Shown here one piece after another: positions 20,345 to 28,764 of a DNA stretch of 64,000 bases. Location of the stretch: the NCBI GenBank assembly GCA_963823665.1, contig CAWGMQ010000008.1, forward strand, positions 2,080,001 through 2,144,000. Reading direction: 5' to 3'. The position numbers were made by a program, and so were the translations under genes. Position 1 is the first letter of the stretch, and every line of letters starts with the position of its first letter. Source of the DNA: an uncultured Planctomycetota bacterium. GTDB taxonomy: Bacteria; Planctomycetota; Planctomycetia; Isosphaerales; Isosphaeraceae. The notes under the pieces were generated by a model that worked only from the letters and a program-made list of their open reading frames with translations, was not told the origin of the DNA and ran no database searches.

Positions 20345-21235
20345 TCATTTCACCTTGAGCTGAAACTGTTGCTCGCCGATCTGAAACCGGACTGGTGATT
20401 CCACGATAATCTGCGGCACTCGCAGCCATAGTCCGTTCGGCGTCTTGTGGTGCTCGGCATGCCAGCTTCCTCGCGGTCGGCGGTAAAGCCGAACGTGCCT
20501 CGGCTCGCAAAACGGATCATCCGCCCTGCAGATCGGACACGACGGGTCCGACCCAATCCAGTATTCACTCTTGACGAGGAGCATCCGGTTGCCGATCTCC
20601 GAGCCAACGAGCTCAGTGACGGCTGGCGAACGGACGGCACTGGCGCCGTCATCCCAGCCACGAGTCCCGCTGAACTCCGGTGTCCCGAGCGAGTTGTCGA
20701 TCGTTGGCCCGGCGTCGGCCACGGGCGCGTCGAACCAGTATCGTCCGTTCCCAACCAAGAACTCGGCCCTATCCGCCAGAATGGTCCGGGTGACGCGCAC
20801 AAACAGCCCATGCGTGCTCTGGAGATCAGTGATCACCCAGCGGTGCAGCCCCCCGACAACTTGGTGCGTGATCTCCACATGCCGCGCCGACATCCGCCCA
20901 TCGAGCGGTATGCAGAAATCCCCTTCGGTGCGCCCGATGATGAACCGATGGTCGCGAATGCGAATGATTTCACCATCGGTCTTGCCATCGTCAAACACCG
21001 TCAGCACAGCAACCGGCGGCCGCGCCGTGGGCCGAAACGGAACAGCAGAGCGCACCGAAGCCTGCGGACGCGTGGACGCCGGGGCAGGGGACTGACCACC
21101 CGCAGGTGGCGGCCCCGGCGGCTCGCCCTTGTGCTGCGACAACAGCACCTGGCGAATCTCCTCGTCGGTCTCGATCAAAGTGCCGGAGTGCTCGACCGGC
21201 GGATCCGGCTGCTCGGGCTTCGGTGGTTGGGGCAT
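20345..21235 (-). CDS. Double-FHA domain protein (unit C)
   Basis: Close paralog of 11840..12733. Confidence 0.85.
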   Translation of the reverse strand: MPQPPKPEQPDPPVEHSGTLIETDEEIRQVLLSQHKGEPPGPPPAGGQSPAPASTRPQASVRSAVPFRPTARPPVAVLTVFDDGKTDGEIIRIRDHRFIIGRTEGDFCIPLDGRMSARHVEITHQVVGGLHRWVITDLQSTHGLFVRVTRTILADRAEFLVGNGRYWFDAPVADAGPTIDNSLGTPEFSGTRGWDDGASAVRSPAVTELVGSEIGNRMLLVKSEYWIGSDPSCPICRADDPFCEPRHVRLYRRPRGSWHAEHHKTPNGLWLRVPQIIVESPVRFQIGEQQFQLKVK

Positions 21236-21268
21236 ATTTCCCTTCTTTCCCGCGACAGGAGACTCCCC

Positions 21269-21793
21269 TCAGGACCTCGTTGCTTTACGACCCACCGCAC
21301 GCGGTGATCGCTGGGCGCGGACCTCGTGTTCCGCGCCCAATGTCGACTTTCGCTCCGCGAAAGTTCCTCCTCGTTGGGCGCGGGCCTCGCGACCCCGCCC
21401 GGAGTTCGACCGAAAGTCTCCCCGGTTCGCCGTCTTCTCGTTGCCAGGAGTCTCGATTGGACACGACATCCCGACCAATTCGAGCAGCCCGTTCGGATTC
21501 TGCCAGTAAACCTGGATCAGCCGGAGCGCCGCCTGCGACGGTTTCCGGTTACCTTGTTCCCAGCTCTGAACGGTCTTGGTCGACACGTTCAGCACCCGCG
21601 CAAAGCCAGCCTGGGACATCCCACTACTAAGTCGGAGCTCCGTCAGTTGCGAGGCACCAATCGAGGGCGGTGGTTCGGGCATTTGGAGGGTCGTCGTCTT
21701 CAACGTGATCTCACCCTGCGCGAAACGAATCGCTTCCTCTAGACCCTTTCGGATTTGCGCTGCAACGGGAATTCGCTTACCTATCAACCTCAT
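21269..21793 (-). CDS. HigA/XRE-type HTH antitoxin-like protein (unit C); the ORF runs on through a REP pair
   Basis: MSQAGFARVLNVSTKTVQSWEQGNRKPS; paralog of 16692..17216. Confidence 0.75.
   Translation of the reverse strand: MRLIGKRIPVAAQIRKGLEEAIRFAQGEITLKTTTLQMPEPPPSIGASQLTELRLSSGMSQAGFARVLNVSTKTVQSWEQGNRKPSQAALRLIQVYWQNPNGLLELVGMSCPIETPGNEKTANRGDFRSNSGRGREARAQRGGTFAERKSTLGAEHEVRAQRSPRAVGRKATRS
21312..21421. repeat. REP-like element pair
   Basis: Near-identical to 16733-16845. Confidence 0.75.
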
Positions 21794-21886
21794 GTATGCT
21801 TATCCCTTTCTGATTGGTCCTGAGTGGCGCTCAAGAAGCTCGACAAGCTTTCGATAAGACTTTTTGTCGGCGGCCGTCTTGTTATC
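21777..21886 (-). pseudogene. Possible C-terminal remnant of a RelE/HigB-type toxin
   Basis: Reads DNKTAADKKSYRKLVELLE.. and its stop overlaps the HTH start, as in toxin-antitoxin operons. Confidence 0.4.
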
Positions 21887-21925
21887 TACCGGGCAACCTG
21901 CGATACACGCCGATCCACTAATCGA

Positions 21926-24900
21926 TCAGTCCGGTAGCTCCTCAATCAGAATCTCCTGGAACTGAATCACCGTCTTGCCCAGGACGAGCAACGAAATCGC
22001 ACCCGAGCCATACCACCAAGACGCGTCCCGATAATCGGCGACCGTTTTTCCATTTATCGACGTCGTGACACGATCCCGGATTGCGGTGATCTCGGCAGTA
22101 TTCCAAGAATTCACCGGAACGGGAGTTGGCTCAGCTCGTGCATCCCAAGCGATATGGTGGAATCGCTGGTTTCTCATTTTCGTGATACTTCCGGCGGGTA
22201 TTTGCCACTGATCCGTTCTGGGCCACGAGTTTAGGTTAACCAGATAGCCGCTTCTGTTGTCGCCACTGCCGGAAAATCGGACTTCGATCAAACTATTGCC
22301 TCCTTGTTGATGCCGAAACTTTGTCCGCAACCGGTAATTTGTGAAGTTTCGACTATGCGTAACGAGGTTGCCCGCGCCCGCTTCGCCAGCACCACGACCT
22401 TCGAGCAACCCGTCCACGACTTTCCACTCGCTTCCATTGGTGAGAACGTCCTTCCAGCCATCGAGGTTCTTGCCGTTGAACAGGGCGGTAAACTCGCCGT
22501 TCCTCGACAGAACACGCGGCGATACCGAACCGCCAAGTTCTATTGCGCCGCCACCTGCATTCCTCGCGACGCGAAATCCCTGCTGGGGAACGTGAATACC
22601 CGGATCCTTATGGAAGTTTGGCCAGCTCCCTCGAAAAAGCGAGCTAAACAACATCCGGGTGTTCCACGTGTACGCACAACCGCGACTAACGCGGCCTATT
22701 CCCGTTACCGGACCGGTGGGATCCTTCACAGGCCCCCCGTCGTCTCGGTATTTGCCATACCAATCCCAGCACCACTCAAACACGTTCCCCGTCATGTCGT
22801 ATAATCCGTAGCGGTTCGGCTTCAACTCACCAACTGGGTGGGTCTGCTTACCGCTGTTCGTCCCAGTCCACGCGAATAGATCGACGCGCTCCCAGTCATC
22901 ACCGTGGGGATAAATCGTTTGGGTGCCGCCTCGGCATGCGTATTCCCACTCTGCCTCGGTCGGCAGGCGGTAACCATCGCCACCGATGATAGACACCTCG
23001 TTACGGTCGATTCTGTAGAAAGGCGGGCGGCCCTCCTTTTCGCTCAGTCGGTTGCAGAACTCGACCGCTTCGTACCACGACACGGAATCAACCGGAAGAT
23101 TTCGCTGACCGCGAAACTTGCTGGGTTCGCTGCCCAAGACCAGTTGGTACTCTTCCTGGGTAACCTCGTATGCACCAATATAGAATGGCTTGGTGATCTG
23201 TACCGCGTGAGCCGGACGAGCACGCTCAGTCTCAGAGAGGTGCATTTTGGACACCTCGGGATTGTCCGGGGCACCCATCAAGAACCCACCGGCCGGGATG
23301 TGTTTCAGCTTCATGCCAATCGAGTTCGTCAAAGTCAGTGGCAGCGCGGCCGGCGCCTGCCCATGTCCTGCGTCCCGCAAAGGTTCCAGCCGGACTACGA
23401 TCTCTTCCGACCCTTCCACGGCAACCGTCACAGATTCTCCGTACGTTTTAAACCCTTCCTTCTTCACCTCGATCCTGCGCTCACCTGGAAGAGCCCGAAT
23501 CACGATAGGTTTGCCACCGCCAGGCCATGAGACCGTAACCTTGTTTCCGTCGACATAGACGTCCGCACCGTCTGGCACATTTTCTAGTACGATCACTCCA
23601 TCGGGCGTTCCCACGCGAATCACGCTGGCAACCCACCAACCGGCGAAGCCCAAGACGACTGCCGCGATGCACACGGCCGGCCAGAGCCACATCGGCCGAC
23701 GATTCGGTTCGGCGCGAGCGGCTTTGAGTATGGTAGCTGCGTCAGCCCCCACGTTAGCGAGGCTGTCCCACCGCGCGTCGGCCTGCGCCCGCTCGGCCGG
23801 CTTTCCTAGGTCTACTCCCGTGGGTTCGCTCGCGGCGGTCGTTTTCGACGTAGGGCCGGCACGTCGAGCTCCATCGCCAACTGCGCGCTGTTCGATCAAC
23901 GAAACCTCGCCAACCGCGGTGTGCGCGTTTCGAAACACCCTTCTTGAAAAACGGCAGAAGCGCGTCCGCCACTTCCTTCGGCGTCTGAAACCGCCGCCCC
24001 GGATCCTTCGCCAGCATCTTCGCAACCAGCGCCGCCAACTCCGCCGGCACCTCGGGCCGAACAAAATTCAGCGGATCCGCATCCCGCGACATGTGCGCCT
24101 GGTACATGTCATACAGCGAGCTGGCCTGGAACGGTGGTCGACCTGTGAGCAGATGGTACAGGGTGGCGCCGAAGCTATAGATATCAGCCCGGATGTCAGC
24201 GGTCGTCGCATCAACAATCTGCTCCGGAGCAATGTAGTCAGGCGTGCCCAGCGCCTGCCCCTCCGAGGTCAGCCGCAAATCAACTTTCTCTTCACGCGTC
24301 ACGCGGGCCAGGCCGAAATCGAGGATCTTGACGGTCGACTTGTTCTTCTTATACGAGAGCATCAAGTTGCCGGGCTTTATATCCCGGTGAACCAAACCCT
24401 CCTCGTGCGCATGCTGAATGCCCAAGGCCGCCTGGTGTGCGAAGAAGCACGCATGGGCGACAGGCAACGCTCCCTTTGCCTTCACCATTCGCGACAGATC
24501 CAATCCTTCAACGTACTCCATCGCAAGGACGAAGCTCTCACCAATGCGCGTCGCGTGATAAGCCGTCACAATGTTGGGATGGCGAAGCTTCGCGACAGCC
24601 CGGATCTCTCGCAGGAACCGCTCAAGCACACCGGGCCGTTCCATGATGTGCCGGCCCATCACCTTGAGCACCTCGTCACGACCCATCAGCCGGTTATGAG
24701 CCAGGTACACCACCCCCATGCCGCCGCGGCCAAGCTCCCGCTTGATCTCATAGTCAGCGTGGTCAGCCAGTCCAGGCGGCAACGTCTCAGCCGGCGGCGG
24801 CGCGACCGCGACAGCCGGCCGTTGGCCCAGCAGCGATGCACCAAACTGCGACTTGTCGGTGGCCGACATCTCCGGACCAACGCGCGCCTCGCGAAGCCGT

Positions 24901-25061
24901 CCCAGAAAACTGTCGGACGACATCTCCGCAACCCGGCACTGACACTCCGAGCACGAGCTCAAATGCTGGTTCACCGATCCAGCCGAAGCGTCATCGAGCT
25001 TGCCCAGACTGTAGGCCTGCAAAGTCGGATCATTCGGGTGGACGGCGTCTGTGGCGCCCAT
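21926..25061 (-). CDS. Receptor kinase C: zinc finger, Ser/Thr kinase, TM, PEGA-like, FGE-sulfatase, DUF1080; frameshift near 23935
   Basis: ORFs 23754..25061 and 21926..24064; YRLPTEAEWEYACRG; LFNGKNLDGW. Confidence 0.9.
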
Positions 25062-25216
25062 GGCAGGATCTCCGGAGTGGTAACAACTTCAACGTCGATC
25101 GCTAAATCACTAATCAAGAAAGGCCGCACCAGCGCGAAACCTGCCGCGAAAACAAAAGAATATCCCGAAAAACATTCGAGCTCTACCCGTAACTGCTTGA
25201 AATTTCACGACTTGGC
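25062..25216 (-). promoter_or_regulatory. Conserved kinase leader, copy C
   Basis: Near-identical to copies A and B. Confidence 0.75.
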
Positions 25217-25302
25217 TTGACAATTAACTGTGCGCCAACGAGCCGAACCACCACACACTCGTCGCCGTCGAAAGCTCGGTAGCGCTGCCCCGCGCCCGCG
25301 AC

Positions 25303-26151
25303 TCACGGTCCCTGGAGCAGATCCTCCCAGCCATGGAGGTCAGGATCGACGATTCGCTCACCGATGGCCTCGAGACGGTCAATGTCTCTGATCGCCTCGA
25401 GTGCGCTCACGGTCGTGGCATCAGGCTCTCGAAATCGCTTGGTCCCTTGACGAATCAGGAACCGCCGTGCCTCCTCCAATCGTCCATCGTTGATGATTTT
25501 TCGATAGGTCGTCGACTCGTGCATCGTCTGAACCCCCTCAAGAAGTGAAAATGTAAGCTCGTCGGGAAAGCGCAGCCCCATCAACAAATACGTCGCGGTC
25601 CAGAGCCTGGCGGCCCTCGGTCGCGGCTCGCCATTGATGCGTGCCGCCATTCGCTGCACAAGCCCCGGCAAGTCCGCTTCCCCCACGTCGGTCAATGGGG
25701 CCAAGGGCACCAGCCCGACTCCAGCCGTCAGATAGGCCTCGGGATCTTCCTTCCACAGCCGCAGCACACGATAATTGTACCGATTCGTAAGCCAGCCGTC
25801 TGGAAGCTCTCGCTCGTATCCACCCGTCAAACTCGGCGAGTTGGCCTCCTTGCACAGCAACACCAACACGGTGAGCACAGGCAGATCATGGCGATAGTCA
25901 AGGGCGACCTGGCGGAACCAGAGCGTTCTTTGCAGATTCGTCTCGTGATAGGAATGGAGCTCGATGTTGACCAGATAGGGCTCGGACCCTCCGATCCTGA
26001 GCACCTTGTCCGCCGCAGCCGTCAGCGCGGTGATGTCGGAGTCGATCACCTCGACGAGCGCGGCAGAGCCAATGCCGAACCGTGCAAGCCAGGCCGCGGG
26101 GTCGTCCCACACCAGTTCTTTGGCCGAGACGTCGAATCGGTTGAACTCCAT
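25303..26151 (-). CDS. Rpn/YhgA-like nuclease (intact)
   Basis: FDVSAKELVWDDP, ADKV, NIELHS, MHESTTY; paralog of 9168 and 34584. Confidence 0.8.
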   Translation of the reverse strand: MEFNRFDVSAKELVWDDPAAWLARFGIGSAALVEVIDSDITALTAAADKVLRIGGSEPYLVNIELHSYHETNLQRTLWFRQVALDYRHDLPVLTVLVLLCKEANSPSLTGGYERELPDGWLTNRYNYRVLRLWKEDPEAYLTAGVGLVPLAPLTDVGEADLPGLVQRMAARINGEPRPRAARLWTATYLLMGLRFPDELTFSLLEGVQTMHESTTYRKIINDGRLEEARRFLIRQGTKRFREPDATTVSALEAIRDIDRLEAIGERIVDPDLHGWEDLLQGP

Positions 26152-26165
26152 GAAGCGACTCCAGT

Positions 26166-28502
26166 CTACCCTTTTCTAGCCTTGCCCCGACCGAGCACAA
26201 CAATCGTCGCCGCGGCACCCACAGCCGCGTGCGCGAGCACGATCATCCAAGCAGGAAACCACTCCCCGCCCTCTCGTCCGAGCGATTTCAAATATCCGTC
26301 CGGCAATAAGCGCTGGATCGCCTCCTGCCCCCAGTAGACCGTCACAAACGCCTTCGCGATCCAGAGCGCAATGCCGCTCAGTGGAGCGCTTACCCCGGCC
26401 AGGATGATCTGTGGGATCACGGCGACCGGGACCAGCGCGATCGCCACCTCCTCGGATCGAGCCACGGCCGAGATGAGCAAGCCGACCGTCGTCCCGACCA
26501 CCGCGAGCGCCGCAAGCGTGGCCAACTGAAGTAGCACGTTACCCTCCGGCCCACACCACATCCTCACAATCGTGAACAGCAGCGTCGCCTGCACAATTCC
26601 GATCACGGCAAGCACGAAGAATTTGGATGCGAAGTAACCCCCGACGCGCAGGTTGAAGTCGCGCTCACGCAAGTAGATCACCCGCTCCTTCACCAGTTCC
26701 TTCGCCGCCGTGTTGCACCCAAACCAGAGACACGACACGGTCAGCAGCAACAGCAAATTGACCGATCGCAGCGCACGTTCATGCAATTGGGACACATCGC
26801 TGAGATTCCCGTAAACCAATCCCAGCAAGAGCGCCACCAGGACGCTCTGCCCCAGCATCACCCCGAGCGCTTGCCGGTCGCCTCGCCAGATCGACACATA
26901 CCGCCGCGTCAGAACCATCGCCTGCCGCAAGCTGCTCGCGCCGCGGCCGCCCGGGCGAACAAGCGGCGTCGTGCCGTCGCGCTCACTCAGCGTCTCGGAC
27001 GGCAGTCGATCGATGACGTACTGTTTGAAAAGAGGGTTCGCTCGAAACCGATTGTGCCAATCCTCGGGTGTTTTTTGGGCGAGCTGCCGGTACACATCGC
27101 CAAGCCGCGAGATCTGGAAATACGCCTTCGCCTCATCCGGCGTGCCGACGAACGCCAGCCGCCCGCCCTCCGTGAGGATGACCACGAGGTGGCACGTCGC
27201 TTCGACATTGGCCAGGCTGTGCGTGATGCAGACAACGGTCTTTCCCCCCTCGGCGACCTGCCGGAACAACTCCATCACTTCCCTGTCCGTCTGTTCGTCA
27301 AGCCCTGAAGTCACCTCGTCCAGGAACAACAGGCTCGGGCGCGACACCAGTTCGTTCGCCAAGCTCGCACGCTTCACTTGGCCCCCGCTCAGGTGGCGGA
27401 TCAGCATTTTCCTCCGGCTGGAGAGCCCGACGACATCCAGAATATCGGAGACGCTCGACTCGACCTCGTCGCGCGACAGATCCTCAGGCAGCCGCAGCTC
27501 GGCCGTGTAGCGCAGCGCCTGCCCAACCGCGAGCGAGTCATGCAGAACGTCCTTCTGCGGCACGACGGCGATGTCTTCCTTGAGGGCCTCAAAGTGTGTG
27601 TACAAGTCCTGGCCGTTGAGTGTCAACATCCCGGCATCGGGCGGGTTTCGACCGCTCATGATGGTGAGCAGCGTCGACTTCCCCGACCCGCTCGGGCCCA
27701 GCACGCAAACGAATTCCTTGGGGCGGATCACCAGGCTGATCTGATCGAGCAGCTTCAGCGGCCGGCCGGTGTTCCTGTCTTGAACGACGCGACTCACACC
27801 GCGCGCAGCAAGCTCGACGTTATTCGACCGCGACCGGCTGACCAGCCTCGACCCGTCGAATCGAAGTGAGAACGGCCCGATATCGATGTTGTCGCCGGGA
27901 TTGAGCAAGGTTGGGCCGGTGAGCCGGCGGCCGTTGACAAACGTTCCGTTCGGGCTTCCCAGGTCGGCCAGAGCAACCCGCTGCCCATCCACGGCCAATC
28001 GGGCATGTGCCCGAGAGACGTGCGGGTGGTCGAGATGAAACTGGACGGTCGTGGCATCGCGGCCGATGACACCTCCCTTTCCCAGCTCGAACTGCTGAGC
28101 CCGGGCCGTGCCGCGCAGCAAGGCGATATGCCGCGAATCGGCGAGGACGGTCGCATCGAATTGCCGGGCCGGCGGCGTGCTGGTTCGATCCGGCTCGATC
28201 GAGAGGACCACGATACTGGGGCCAGTAAAGCCCAGGCGAACCCGATCGCCGGCCTTGATCGGCGATGACGTATCGAGTGGGTTGCCGTTCAAGAGAGTCT
28301 TGTTGCTCTGGCTCAAATGGACCAGAACGAACCCCGTCGCCGTTGGTTCGATCCGGGCATGAAAACCGGAGACTTTCGGAAATGCGATCGCATCGATAGC
28401 TACCTCGCACCCGGCGTCGCGGCCCAGGCGGATGTGCGAGCCCGTGGTCTCGACGATTTGTGTCCGCCCATCAGGCTGATCCACCTGCAGCCGAGCTTGC
28501 AT
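26166..28502 (-). CDS. FHA-FHA-ABC ATPase-permease (Rv1747-like half transporter)
   Basis: Two FHA domains; GPSGSGKS, LSGGQ, LFLDE; C-terminal TM bundle. Confidence 0.9.
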   Translation of the reverse strand: MQARLQVDQPDGRTQIVETTGSHIRLGRDAGCEVAIDAIAFPKVSGFHARIEPTATGFVLVHLSQSNKTLLNGNPLDTSSPIKAGDRVRLGFTGPSIVVLSIEPDRTSTPPARQFDATVLADSRHIALLRGTARAQQFELGKGGVIGRDATTVQFHLDHPHVSRAHARLAVDGQRVALADLGSPNGTFVNGRRLTGPTLLNPGDNIDIGPFSLRFDGSRLVSRSRSNNVELAARGVSRVVQDRNTGRPLKLLDQISLVIRPKEFVCVLGPSGSGKSTLLTIMSGRNPPDAGMLTLNGQDLYTHFEALKEDIAVVPQKDVLHDSLAVGQALRYTAELRLPEDLSRDEVESSVSDILDVVGLSSRRKMLIRHLSGGQVKRASLANELVSRPSLLFLDEVTSGLDEQTDREVMELFRQVAEGGKTVVCITHSLANVEATCHLVVILTEGGRLAFVGTPDEAKAYFQISRLGDVYRQLAQKTPEDWHNRFRANPLFKQYVIDRLPSETLSERDGTTPLVRPGGRGASSLRQAMVLTRRYVSIWRGDRQALGVMLGQSVLVALLLGLVYGNLSDVSQLHERALRSVNLLLLLTVSCLWFGCNTAAKELVKERVIYLRERDFNLRVGGYFASKFFVLAVIGIVQATLLFTIVRMWCGPEGNVLLQLATLAALAVVGTTVGLLISAVARSEEVAIALVPVAVIPQIILAGVSAPLSGIALWIAKAFVTVYWGQEAIQRLLPDGYLKSLGREGGEWFPAWMIVLAHAAVGAAATIVVLGRGKARKG

Positions 28503-28764
28503 GGAATGCTTCCCATAAACCTACGCAGCCGACGCGACGCCCGCTGACACTGGCTGCCCTACGGTTGAACCCGGAATTTGACCCTTCCGCCGTGTGGGAG
28601 CCACTTAGTCGCCGGTCAACGGCATCGTCTGAGTACCAACGGGCTGTGCACAAAAACCGAATCTGCACGACGAGGCGAGCCGCACCGACTACCGTTTCCG
28701 CTTGCAGCAACCTGGCAAATGGAGTTTCGCGCATCCGCGGCAATGCGGTTTCCGGAGGCCTTTT

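Noticed and set aside
12805..23400. Complete diversity-generating retroelement
   Set aside because: No reverse transcriptase, Avd or AAC-rich template repeat found in the window.
23667..25220. Long plus-strand ORFs opposite the kinases and other genes (e.g. 517 aa, 383 aa, 368 aa)
   Set aside because: Antisense shadows expected from high-GC codon bias; no recognisable motifs.
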